Counted from the stretch's first letter, positions 20,242-29,255 are shown. The stretch is 64,000 nt of DNA from Bdellovibrio sp. (GCA_036676395.1 JAKFCY010000002.1:992001-1056000), one strand, 5' to 3'. Numbers and translations are program-made. Notes: a model not told the origin generated them from the letters alone.

Positions 20242-20544
20242 ATGAAAAACACCAAATTAAAAATCACGTTAGTGGTTGCGATACTTACAATTTGCACCAG
20301 CTGCGGTCTTAAAGTGATCAATCCGAACGAACCCAATAACAAAGGCACCCTGGCTTTAGATGTGTCATCGGGCAGTCCAAAACTGGTTGAAACTTACACC
20401 TGTAAGCTGCAATGGATGGGAAATCGCTTTTCAGCCGTGGGTAAAACTGAAGCAGAAGCTCGCACCGAAGTCGTGGCGAAATGCCAAGATCGTACGTTGA
20501 TTTCTAACTGCAAAGCTGATAACGCTAAGTGCGAAAAGAACTAA
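20242..20544 (+). CDS. small Cys-containing lipoprotein
   Basis: CTSC lipobox; C-terminal Cys pattern. Confidence 0.65.
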   Translation: MKNTKLKITLVVAILTICTSCGLKVINPNEPNNKGTLALDVSSGSPKLVETYTCKLQWMGNRFSAVGKTEAEARTEVVAKCQDRTLISNCKADNAKCEKN

Positions 20545-20564
20545 CCCCAAACCAGAGGAATTTT

Positions 20565-20891
20565 ATGCCAGTTTTCATTGCAAAAGTAATGTTACAAGAA
20601 GTCGAGAGCGAAGATATTTACGAAGAATTAGATCAAGCGATGGCTGACGAAGAAGGTTACCCGTACATTACTGATGAAAACGAAAAAATTTACGCGTTAC
20701 CACCAGATGAATATGAATTTGAAACTGAACTTTCTGGTAAAGAATTATTAAACATCATCAAAACTATTTGTGGCACCATCGAAAAAAAGCACAAACTAAA
20801 AAAATCTCCGATTGTATTAGTTGAAGCTGAAGATGTTTTTCACGCCAATCTAGAAGAATTATCTGACGAAGATTTTCAGTCACTTAATTAA
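20565..20891 (+). CDS. GhoS/DUF2622-like small acidic protein
   Basis: GAGG RBS; F...V.L......YE.L..AM...G...I......Y.LP..EY pattern. Confidence 0.55.
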   Translation: MPVFIAKVMLQEVESEDIYEELDQAMADEEGYPYITDENEKIYALPPDEYEFETELSGKELLNIIKTICGTIEKKHKLKKSPIVLVEAEDVFHANLEELSDEDFQSLN

Positions 20892-21430
20892 TGGCTTTAC
20901 CCTCAAAGCTTTACAGATTTAAGATTGAACTGTCTGATCTTGAAAAAGGATCATACCAATCGTTAGACTTTCGGGTGGCGCAACATCCGTCTGAAAGTCT
21001 TTCATATTTGTTAACCAGAGTTTTAGCTTACTGTTTAAGTTATGAAGAGGGTCTTGAATTTTCATCGCAAGGTTTAGCTGACCCTGACGCTCCCGCGATC
21101 AGTGTGCCGACACCAAACGGTAATCCCAAAGTGTGGATTGAAATCGGCAACCCTTCAGCGCGCCGAGTTCATAAGGCGTCTAAAACCGCAAATACCGTTA
21201 AAATATACACCTATAAAGACCCGCAAGTTTTATTAAATGAACTGAATTCTGAAACAGTTCATCGCAAAGAAGAATTGCAAATCTATTCGTTATCAGCTGA
21301 ATTTTTAAATCAGTTAGAAAACGCTATGCAAAAAGATAATAAATGGACTGTGATCAATATGGATGGCGCTATTATGGTGAATGGCGAAAATTTTGATTTA
21401 CAGTGTGATGTAAAACGCCACCAACTCTGA
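20891..21430 (+). CDS. yaeQ: YaeQ family protein
   Basis: AQHPSE, RVLAY, GL..PD.P, WIEIGNP motifs. Confidence 0.9.
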   Translation: MALPSKLYRFKIELSDLEKGSYQSLDFRVAQHPSESLSYLLTRVLAYCLSYEEGLEFSSQGLADPDAPAISVPTPNGNPKVWIEIGNPSARRVHKASKTANTVKIYTYKDPQVLLNELNSETVHRKEELQIYSLSAEFLNQLENAMQKDNKWTVINMDGAIMVNGENFDLQCDVKRHQL

Positions 21431-21501
21431 CAAATTACCCCGTAATAAATTAAATTTTACTTTTTATGTAGCGCTTTGCTGCATTTTTTCTGTATTTCAT
21501 A

Positions 21502-21517
21502 TGGCACATTTTTCGCA
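21502..21517 (+). promoter_or_regulatory. sigma-54-type promoter TGGCACATTTTTCGCA
   Basis: TGGCAC with GG-N10-GC spacing, upstream of the BON gene. Confidence 0.55.
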
Positions 21518-21568
21518 AACTTTAATTCATTTGAAAATTATCTTAACCCAAGCAAAGGAAAGAAGAAA

Positions 21569-22012
21569 ATGATGAATCGAATTATTATTGCCGCAGTATT
21601 AGTAACAGCAGGATTTGCATGCGCAGAAAAACCATATAGAGCCAATGAAACCAGTGCTCAATCGAACCCGCAAAGTTATGAGCGCTCTACAGCCGCTGAA
21701 ACTGAAACCACTGACATGGATAATACAGCAATGAACAAACGTGATGCCGAAGGAAGACTTCTGCCGACAGATCAAATGCAAGGGTCAACGGCTGATATCG
21801 AATTAACCCGCAAAATTCGCGAGATGTTAACCGATGAAGATTCATTATCTATGAAAGCGCAGAATGTAAAAATCATTACCTTAAAAGGGATCACTACATT
21901 ACGTGGCCCGGTAAACACGATGGCTGAAAAAAGAAAAATCGAACAGTTAGCTAAATCCGCTGGTGCGAAAAGTATTAAAAATCAACTTGAAGTCACAACA
22001 AAAACTGAGTAA
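21569..22012 (+). CDS. BON-domain lipoprotein
   Basis: Signal with Cys; D.ELTRKIR...NVKIIT..G..TLRGPV...NQLEV. Confidence 0.88.
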   Translation: MMNRIIIAAVLVTAGFACAEKPYRANETSAQSNPQSYERSTAAETETTDMDNTAMNKRDAEGRLLPTDQMQGSTADIELTRKIREMLTDEDSLSMKAQNVKIITLKGITTLRGPVNTMAEKRKIEQLAKSAGAKSIKNQLEVTTKTE

Positions 22013-22038
22013 CAACAAAATAACGAACGGAGAATAAA

Positions 22039-22641
22039 ATGGAATTTAAAAAAAGCGATAAAGTAGTTTATGGATTATTTGAAACAAGAGCGGCTCTTGA
22101 AGCTGCTGTTAATCAATTAAAAAGCGCGGGCTTTTTAAACAGCGACATTTCAGCGTTGCTTCCTTCAGTGGGAGACACCAAAGAATTTGCGCATGAAAAA
22201 CAAACTAAAGCACCAGAAGGTGCAACGACAGGTGTCGCTGGCGGCGCTGTGATCGGTGGAACCTTAGGCTGGTTAGCGGGTATTGGTACCTTAGCGATTC
22301 CAGGCATTGGACCATTTGTAGCAGCTGGTCCGATCTTAGCTGGTCTTGCTGGTGCTGGTGTTGGCGGAGCCGTTGGGGGTATTGCTGGTGCCTTAGTCGG
22401 TATGGGAATTCCAGAATATGAAGCCAAACGTTTTGAAACTGCAGTTAAAGAAGGTGGTATTTTATTATCAGTTCATGCGGGCGTGGGTGACTGGGTTTCT
22501 AAAGCGAAAGACATTTTAAAACAATGCGGCGCTCATGATATTTCATCTACATCAGAAGCAAAAGGTGATGATGATTACGAACGTAGAGATATGCCCTTTG
22601 AACCTAAATCTACAGACACGAACCCAAATAAAAGATACTAG
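22039..22641 (+). CDS. general stress protein with Gly-zipper
   Basis: TKAPEGATTG...LAIPGIGPFVAAGP...GIPEYEAKR. Confidence 0.8.
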   Translation: MEFKKSDKVVYGLFETRAALEAAVNQLKSAGFLNSDISALLPSVGDTKEFAHEKQTKAPEGATTGVAGGAVIGGTLGWLAGIGTLAIPGIGPFVAAGPILAGLAGAGVGGAVGGIAGALVGMGIPEYEAKRFETAVKEGGILLSVHAGVGDWVSKAKDILKQCGAHDISSTSEAKGDDDYERRDMPFEPKSTDTNPNKRY

Positions 22642-22667
22642 TATATAGAGTATTTAATAAAGTCTAT

Positions 22668-22707
22668 AAGGCAGCTCGAGGTAATTTGCTTCGAGCTGCT
22701 TTTTTTT
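22668..22707 (+). terminator. intrinsic terminator
   Basis: GCAGCTCGA/TCGAGCTGC stem followed by T8. Confidence 0.85.
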
Positions 22708-22829
22708 AGTTGTCTACAGAGTTGACAGTCCTGTTGCTTTTTCCTGTTAACAAGAAAAATCACCCAATAAACAAAACCCATGATATTTTTCTGCCTCACC
22801 AAACCCCAATCCCCTTTATGGAGGCTCTA

Positions 22830-23885
22830 ATGAACAAGAAAAATATCATTAATATCTCGAAAGCTATTAGCTTAAGTGCTGCATTGGTCGTAAGCTTTTC
22901 AGTGCAAGAAGCTTCGGCTCAATCATCAAAATCAAAACCGAAGTACTTAGTTATTCAAAACGTTGCGACAGAAAAAACTCGGGTTTATGAACTTTGTTAC
23001 ACGGCTCCGGGCTGCGCGCATAAAATGGTTTTTGAAACTGTGATGTTAGTTGGTAAACGTAACGAAGAAAGCCAGCAAACTATTCTGGGCACCTATCGTA
23101 TCAGTCAGTGGGTAAAATTCTATCAAGATAATGCTAAAAACTATCCAAGCTGGTATGACCCAGCATTACCAATGCCACCCAAAGCAGACAAAGCGGCTAC
23201 AAAATGGTTTAAAGATGATTACATGCCAAACGGCGGTGAAATGCGCGGAGCCTTTGGTTGGTATGCAGCTTTAGCTGAACCAAATGCTTTCGGTCAATGG
23301 ATGCATGGAACAATCGGCTGGGGAGCGGACGAAGATAAATTCATCAACCGCGCTAAAAAAGGATTCTTTTCTTTATTCGCAGATTTACGTTCACATGGTT
23401 GTACTCGTCATGAAAACAGAGCGATCGCTTATCTTCAGCATTTAGTGCCAGCGGGCACTCCGCTAATTAAAGTTTACGCGGAAGAAGTGGCTGATGACCC
23501 AAGCTTATCGCGTTATGCTGATCAAAAGAATCAATTCTTATTCAACTACGCTTTAACAAAAGCTGATGTGCGTTCAAGTAAAGCGTCTAGTTCTGAATAC
23601 TCTGTGACAATGGCCAAAATAGCTAAAGGCGAAATTAAGCAAGAAGATGTGTTAGAGCAAGGCAGTTACTTAGTTGACCGTGTTCCAACAATTAATGCGA
23701 TCAACACTAAAAAATCTTCTAAATCTGGTGAATCTGGAGATGTGTATGAAGTGGGTCGTGAAAACTTTCGCGGTACATATTCAGTAGATACAGGAAGATT
23801 TGCTAATTACGTTCACCCAACAAAATTAAAAGTTGGCGGAGACCAGTCTTTATTAACTTTACCAGATCTTGTTAAGACGAAATAA
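22830..23885 (+). CDS. L,D-transpeptidase (YkuD family), secreted
   Basis: GGAGG RBS, ASA signal peptide, WMHGT...RSHGCTR catalytic motif. Confidence 0.85.
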   Translation: MNKKNIINISKAISLSAALVVSFSVQEASAQSSKSKPKYLVIQNVATEKTRVYELCYTAPGCAHKMVFETVMLVGKRNEESQQTILGTYRISQWVKFYQDNAKNYPSWYDPALPMPPKADKAATKWFKDDYMPNGGEMRGAFGWYAALAEPNAFGQWMHGTIGWGADEDKFINRAKKGFFSLFADLRSHGCTRHENRAIAYLQHLVPAGTPLIKVYAEEVADDPSLSRYADQKNQFLFNYALTKADVRSSKASSSEYSVTMAKIAKGEIKQEDVLEQGSYLVDRVPTINAINTKKSSKSGESGDVYEVGRENFRGTYSVDTGRFANYVHPTKLKVGGDQSLLTLPDLVKTK

Positions 23886-23906
23886 TTTTTTAAGTTCAAA
23901 TTTTAG

Positions 23907-23946
23907 AAAATAAAAAAGCCAGGTTCATCGCCTGGCTTTTTTATTT
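23907..23946. terminator. bidirectional intrinsic terminator
   Basis: AAAAAAGCCAGG-loop-CCTGGCTTTTTT. Confidence 0.85.
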
Positions 23947-23959
23947 GAAGCCAGACCTG

Positions 23960-23988
23960 TTGACAAATTACTCAATCTAACTTAGATT
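23960..23988 (+). promoter_or_regulatory. sigma-70 promoter TTGACA-N17-TAGATT
   Basis: Consensus -35, 17-bp spacer, TAnnnT -10. Confidence 0.75.
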
Positions 23989-24040
23989 ATATTTATTCGC
24001 GGCAATCAAGCCTGCAAAACTTTTCACCCAGGAGGTCTTT

Positions 24041-24085
24041 ATGGAAAATTTAACTATCAAGGGCCTTCTTGCGAATTTGATCTAA
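24041..24085 (+). CDS. 14-aa leader peptide MENLTIKGLLANLI
   Basis: AGGAGG RBS 5 nt upstream; embedded in alternative hairpins before rsgA. Confidence 0.65.
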   Translation: MENLTIKGLLANLI

Positions 24086-24161
24086 ATTAAAAACATATTA
24101 GATTTCTATTTAAGGCCCTTAAGTCAGTTCGGTTTTTTTGAATTAAACTTAAGGAGTACAC

Positions 24162-25256
24162 ATGCTTAATTCCGATAAGGGATTTTTACAGTTATTTGGT
24201 TGGGATGACTTTTTTGAAAGTCAGATGACCGACAATGTTAATACGTTATATCCAGCTCGAGTTATTTGCGAAGAGAGAAATCTTTATCGAGTGCAAATCG
24301 CACTTGATAAAGTCGTGATGGCTACGATCAGCGGCAAGGTTCAACATAATGCCGTAACTAGGGTTGATTACCCAGCCGTTGGCGATTGGGTTCTGATTGA
24401 ACCTTCAGGTCAGTCAGACAGGGCATTGATTAATCAGGTCTTGCAACGAAAGACGATTGTTCAGAGAAAGCAAGCGGGCTTAACTTCGGATATACAAATT
24501 CTTTCGACCAATGTAGATCATATTTTTATCACTTCGGCCGTAAATCATGATCTGAATTACCGTCGTATCGAACGCTACTTGGCCATCGCCCGTGATGCAG
24601 GTTCAACCCCGGTGGTTCTTTTAACAAAGGCCGACACAGCAGCAGATATTGCTCAAGTGATCGCCGGTGTAGAAAATGAATTTCCAGGTGTGAGTGTTCA
24701 TGCACTTTCAAAAGAAAATTTTGAAAGCGCAGAGTTTTTTAAAGACTATTTAAAAAAAGGAACGACATCGGTGGTGATCGGTTCTTCAGGAGTTGGTAAA
24801 TCGACGCTGGTTAATTTTTTAATTAATAGCGACGAAATTAAAACTCAAACGGCCAGGGGAGACGACTGGAAAGGTCGTCATACCACGACATCGCGCAATT
24901 TGTATGTGAGTCGCTACGGTGGACTCATTATCGATACGCCAGGAATGCGTGAGCTACAACTATCTGATCATTCAGAAGGTATCAGCTCGCAGTTTTCAGA
25001 TGTTGAAGACCTTATAACAAGTTGTCGCTTCAGTGATTGCCTGCATGCGACTGAACCAGGTTGTATGATTATCAAATCACTTGCTGATGGCACGTTGCCT
25101 GATGAAAGATGGCGAAATTATCAAAAGCTTCAAGCCGAAGTTCGTAATGGTCTGCGAAAACAAGATAAAGCCATTGCCGCAGAAGACCGAAAGGTTTGGA
25201 AAAAAAGAAGTATCGATGCCCGTAATAACGGTCGTCCGAAAAAAGGAATCTATTAA
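24162..25256 (+). CDS. rsgA: ribosome small subunit-dependent GTPase A (RsgA family)
   Basis: PAVGDWV OB fold, TKAD, GSSGVGKST, GRHTTT, DTPG, CRFSDCLH.EPGC Zn site. Confidence 0.93.
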   Translation: MLNSDKGFLQLFGWDDFFESQMTDNVNTLYPARVICEERNLYRVQIALDKVVMATISGKVQHNAVTRVDYPAVGDWVLIEPSGQSDRALINQVLQRKTIVQRKQAGLTSDIQILSTNVDHIFITSAVNHDLNYRRIERYLAIARDAGSTPVVLLTKADTAADIAQVIAGVENEFPGVSVHALSKENFESAEFFKDYLKKGTTSVVIGSSGVGKSTLVNFLINSDEIKTQTARGDDWKGRHTTTSRNLYVSRYGGLIIDTPGMRELQLSDHSEGISSQFSDVEDLITSCRFSDCLHATEPGCMIIKSLADGTLPDERWRNYQKLQAEVRNGLRKQDKAIAAEDRKVWKKRSIDARNNGRPKKGIY

Positions 25257-25290
25257 AGAATGGCGGGGAAACCCGCCGTTCTCATTTATT
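25257..25290 (+). terminator. GC-rich hairpin / probable terminator
   Basis: AGAATGGCGGG-GAAA-CCCGCCGTTCT with a weak U tract. Confidence 0.55.
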
Positions 25291-25331
25291 GAGTCTGAAT
25301 TTTGCTTACTCTGTAAAACAGGGCGGTAAAT

Positions 25332-26714
25332 ATGACTCATATTCCTGTGTTGATTGCTGGTGCTGGGCCTACGGGTTTAGTGTTAGCCCTGTGGTTAACT
25401 AAAATAGGCATTGCCGTCCGGATTATTGATAAGGCGACAGAGAAAGAAACCACATCGCGCGCGTTGGTCATCCATGCGCGCACGTTAGAGTTTTACCGTC
25501 AGCTACAAATTGTTGATGATATTATCGAAGCCGGTTTTAGGTTTCCGGCGCTCAATTTATGGGTAAATCATATTCAGCGCGCAAAAATTAAAATTTCAGA
25601 TATCGGCAGTGGCAGCACACCCTATCCTTACATTATAATTTTGCCGCAAGACCAACACGAAGAAATCCTGATCGAAAAATTAAAAGCACTTGGCGTAAAT
25701 ATCGAAAGAAACACCGAACTGATAAATTTAGAACAAAACGATAAAACAGTCACCGCACAAATTAAGTTACCTAATAACGAAATTGAAACGCTTACGGCAG
25801 ATTACTTAGCTGGCTGTGATGGTGCACACTCGGTGGTGCGCAAGAAATTAAATGTCAGTTTTTCAGGAAGCACTTATCCGCATTTATTTTACGTAGCCGA
25901 TGTAGCAGGACAGGGACCAGCCCTAAATGGCGAGCTGCATGTATCATTAGATAAATCTGAGTTCATGGCGTTTTTTCCGCTCAAAGAAAAAGGGCATGCA
26001 CGCCTGATCGGAGTCATCCGCGAAGACCAGAAAAAAGATCCCACTTGGGATGACGTTAACCCACGGCTTTTAACAGAGATGGATGTGACCATCGAAAAAC
26101 TAAAATGGTTTTCGACTTACCGGGTGCATCACCGGGTGGCCTCGCATTTTCAAAACGGTCGTGTTTTTATATTAGGTGATGCCAGTCACATTCATTCGCC
26201 TCTTGGCGGGCAGGGCATGAACACGGGCATTGGCGACGCCGTAAACCTGGCTTGGAAGTTGGGTGATGTGTTAAAGAAAAAATCAGGCCCTGAACTTTTA
26301 GCGACGTATGAAACTGAACGTATTAGTTTTGCTAAGCAATTAGTGAAAACCACAGATCGTGCTTTTCGTTTTATTTCGAATGACGGAAAACTTGCGCGCT
26401 TTGTGCGAACCCAGTTAGTTCCGGCAATTTTGCCGCGGTTATTTAAATTTTCACGCACCGGCCGGTTTATCTTTCGTCGCCTTTCGCAGACGGCGATTAG
26501 CTACAGCGGGCATCAAGATCGGCTACCTTGGATTGAAAGTGTTGATAATTATAAACCACTGCAGTCACTCGACTGGCAGATTCATGTTTACGGCGATCTT
26601 CGGGTAAAGACAGAATATGATGTGCATTATTTTTTATGGCATGAAGAGATGAAAAGAAAAGGTTTAGAAAAAAATCGGGTTTATCTCATTCGTCCTGATG
26701 GCCATATCAGTTAG
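25332..26714 (+). CDS. FAD-dependent monooxygenase
   Basis: GAGPTG, DGAHS, GDASH.HSP.GGQGMNTG, IRPDGH. Confidence 0.92.
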   Translation: MTHIPVLIAGAGPTGLVLALWLTKIGIAVRIIDKATEKETTSRALVIHARTLEFYRQLQIVDDIIEAGFRFPALNLWVNHIQRAKIKISDIGSGSTPYPYIIILPQDQHEEILIEKLKALGVNIERNTELINLEQNDKTVTAQIKLPNNEIETLTADYLAGCDGAHSVVRKKLNVSFSGSTYPHLFYVADVAGQGPALNGELHVSLDKSEFMAFFPLKEKGHARLIGVIREDQKKDPTWDDVNPRLLTEMDVTIEKLKWFSTYRVHHRVASHFQNGRVFILGDASHIHSPLGGQGMNTGIGDAVNLAWKLGDVLKKKSGPELLATYETERISFAKQLVKTTDRAFRFISNDGKLARFVRTQLVPAILPRLFKFSRTGRFIFRRLSQTAISYSGHQDRLPWIESVDNYKPLQSLDWQIHVYGDLRVKTEYDVHYFLWHEEMKRKGLEKNRVYLIRPDGHIS

Positions 26715-26744
26715 GCAAATTTCCCCAAATGATTAGCAACTGAG

Positions 26745-26796
26745 AGACAAAGTCTAGTTTGTCCACGCTTAACTTTGGACAAAGCTATGTTGTCCA
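26745..26796. promoter_or_regulatory. tandem operator-like array (GACAA..TTGTCCA x2)
   Basis: GACAAAGTCTAGTTTGTCCA and GACAAAGCTATGTTGTCCA start 32 bp apart; inner arms TTTGTCCA-N10-TGGACAAA. Confidence 0.6.
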
Positions 26797-26891
26797 TAAA
26801 TCAAAAAAAGCAGCGCTTGTTTCAATTTACAAACTTCGCAAGATCAGCGAAACACCAGTCATCCACAAAAAACAATATCAAAGGAGATATT

Positions 26892-27359
26892 ATGAACAAA
26901 CTTATCGCAATGATCGCTTTATTAGCTGCAACAACTGCATCTGCATATACAGCTTCAACTTCTTGGGAGACTTTAGAAAATGATCCAAGAATTCAAATCG
27001 ACGCTCCAACTGTATTCATGGGTCACGCTGTTGATTACATGTTCACATGCGTTGACGGTGCTAACTTACGCACGATCAAGCCAGTTAAACAATGTGAAAC
27101 TATTTACATTGGTAAAAATCAATCTAAAGAAGTTTGCAAAGGTTCAAAATACTTATCAACTCCAATCAACTACACACGCACTTCTTGGGATTGCAAATTC
27201 ACTGGTGGCCGTGGTGATCACCGCGTTTGTGAAGATAAAGTGATCTCTGGAACTTACCCACTTTCTGTAATGGTTAAAGTTTCTAAAGTTATGGGTGGTA
27301 AAAACGACCGTGTAGAGTTTTTATTTAACAAGCAATTTAACGTACCAAATTGCCACTAA
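26892..27359 (+). CDS. secreted 6-Cys hypothetical protein
   Basis: AAGGAG RBS, ASA signal peptide, codon usage resembling highly expressed genes. Confidence 0.8.
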   Translation: MNKLIAMIALLAATTASAYTASTSWETLENDPRIQIDAPTVFMGHAVDYMFTCVDGANLRTIKPVKQCETIYIGKNQSKEVCKGSKYLSTPINYTRTSWDCKFTGGRGDHRVCEDKVISGTYPLSVMVKVSKVMGGKNDRVEFLFNKQFNVPNCH

Positions 27360-27383
27360 TCACTTAGTTTTAGCTTAATTAGT

Positions 27384-27423
27384 AAGCGCTCTAGAGTCAC
27401 CCCTCCGACCTAGGGCGTTTTCT
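27384..27423 (+). terminator. intrinsic terminator
   Basis: AAGCGCTCTAG...CTAGGGCGTTTT hairpin. Confidence 0.6.
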
Positions 27424-27478
27424 CGTTGTGCCTGATGAATTGTTAAGATAATCAGAAACTTCAAAATTTAAGGTGAAA

Positions 27479-28273
27479 ATGAATATTAACGTCGATACCA
27501 ATTCGAACGCTATGGCTAGCTCTATCCCTGATCAAGTATCACGGGATATCGAAGCTTATTTATTGCGTTTTAAAGACCCGAAAAAGGGTTTGAATATGTT
27601 AGCGACAAAAGCGCAAATTCACGTAAAAACTTTAAATCGTCTGCGCGAAAAAATTCACACACCAACTTATTCTACTTTATATAAACTTTATTCTTGTCTG
27701 TTAGATACGCGCATTATCAATGATCTGATCGAAAAAGCGCCGCCGGTCATTCGCGAAAGAATTAAAAGCGCTGATCCGCAATTAAAATCTTCGCCGTTAA
27801 ATCGTTATCATTTGGATTTAGAAACTGATCTGCAAAAAGATCCCTGTTTTGCCGAACTGTATGTTTTGGCTGAAACAAGACCTTTCAGCACTCACTACGT
27901 TGAACAAAGATTTGGTTCTTACGGGCTTGAGACTTTAAAACGCATGATCGATCAAAAAGTGATTCGTCCTTTAGGCAATGGTCTTTTTGGTCAGGGCGAA
28001 GTGAGCTCTAGTTTTTCTGCCGAGACGATTAAATCTGTAGGTTTACGTTTAACAGAGCGCTTTTTAAAACCAGCCAACGCTGATTTAGATGATGCCAATT
28101 ACATGTCGCTTTATTTCGAGTCGGTCAGTGCAGAAACTTACAAAGAATGGGTCATGATCGAAGAGCGCGCTTTTAAAGAGCGCATGAAATTATTAGAAAA
28201 ACCAAACGCCAAAGGCAGCATTCCTGTTTTTGCATTTACTGTTATTGATACCCTATTGGAGAACGAACAATGA
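27479..28273 (+). CDS. XRE-like HTH + winged-helix protein (TIGR02147/DUF4423-like architecture)
   Basis: LNMLATKAQIHVKTLNRL...PTYSTLYKL HTH; central wHTH-like segment; about 265 aa ending in a beta strand. Confidence 0.6.
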   Translation: MNINVDTNSNAMASSIPDQVSRDIEAYLLRFKDPKKGLNMLATKAQIHVKTLNRLREKIHTPTYSTLYKLYSCLLDTRIINDLIEKAPPVIRERIKSADPQLKSSPLNRYHLDLETDLQKDPCFAELYVLAETRPFSTHYVEQRFGSYGLETLKRMIDQKVIRPLGNGLFGQGEVSSSFSAETIKSVGLRLTERFLKPANADLDDANYMSLYFESVSAETYKEWVMIEERAFKERMKLLEKPNAKGSIPVFAFTVIDTLLENEQ

Positions 28274-28407
28274 AACTTTTTATCACCCTAAGTTTAACAG
28301 CATTACTTTTAATTATGACCGCAGCTTCTGCTAACGCTGGTTCTAAAAACGGTGGTGGCTCAGCTGGTGGTGGCGGAAGAAACAACTTCGTACCTGTTGG
28401 TCGCTAG
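28270..28407 (+). CDS. 45-aa secreted Gly-rich micro-peptide
   Basis: MKLFITLSLTALLLIMTAASANA|GSKNGGGSAGGGGRNNFVPVGR; GGAG RBS; ATGA overlap with the regulator stop. Confidence 0.75.
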   Translation: MKLFITLSLTALLLIMTAASANAGSKNGGGSAGGGGRNNFVPVGR

Positions 28408-29242
28408 TATTTCTTTTCAGTTAGTCTTTCTTACGGCAATCACCATGGTGGCTTTCGCAGCCAACTCTGTTTTTTGCCGCTTAGCTCTTGCAGATCCTAA
28501 TAATAGCCCGATCAGTTTTACTTTGGTTCGCTTGGCCGCAGGCGCTATTGCCCTGTTATTTTTATTTATTAAATATCGCAAAGAAGAGCCCATCACTTTT
28601 AGTAAAAACATATTGCTGGCTCCGGTGATGTTGTTTTCATATGCGCTGTTTTTTTCGCTAGCCTACGTTCGCATCAGCGCAGGCACCGGGGCTTTGATTC
28701 TATTTGCCAGCGTTCAGTTGACGATGATTATCACAGCCTTGGCCAGAGGCCAGAAACTAAATATGAATGAATGGTTTGGCTTTAGTTTAGCTGCGGGCGG
28801 TTTGATTTATTTATTATTGCCTAGTCTTGATATGCCACCATTGCTTTCGATGTTAGCAATGACCATTGCTGGTGTTTCTTGGGGAATTTATTCTTTACTT
28901 GGCCAGAAGTCTAAAAATCCATTTTTATCGACTGCACGAAACTTTTTATTGATCTTACCTGCTGCCGTTGTTTATTTAGCGGTCGACTCTGTTCATTTAA
29001 CGAATCAGGGTTTGCTTTGGGCGGTGTTATCAGGAGCTCTGACTTCAGGAATGGGTTATGTGCTTTGGTATGTGGTTTTGCGAAAGCTTGCTACAAGTAC
29101 GGCGGCGATTGTGCAACTAAGTGTACCAGCGATAGCTGCATTCGGTGGAGTTTTATTCTTAGGTGAAATTATTCATCTTCGATTAATTATTGCCAGCCTT
29201 CTGATTTTTTCTGGAATTACGTTAAAACTTTTCAGTAAATAA
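28397..29242 (+). CDS. EamA/DMT family transporter (start uncertain)
   Basis: AFAANS..CR.AL, FFSLAY, GALILF, SG.GY.LWY, QLSVP; about 10 TM helices. Confidence 0.85.
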   Translation: MVASISFQLVFLTAITMVAFAANSVFCRLALADPNNSPISFTLVRLAAGAIALLFLFIKYRKEEPITFSKNILLAPVMLFSYALFFSLAYVRISAGTGALILFASVQLTMIITALARGQKLNMNEWFGFSLAAGGLIYLLLPSLDMPPLLSMLAMTIAGVSWGIYSLLGQKSKNPFLSTARNFLLILPAAVVYLAVDSVHLTNQGLLWAVLSGALTSGMGYVLWYVVLRKLATSTAAIVQLSVPAIAAFGGVLFLGEIIHLRLIIASLLIFSGITLKLFSK

Positions 29243-29255
29243 CTATAACATCTCG

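Noticed and set aside
28352..28396. Track start of the EamA ORF (MVAQLVVAEE)
   Set aside because: It is the alternative frame of the Gly-rich peptide ORF, which has the SD and signal peptide.
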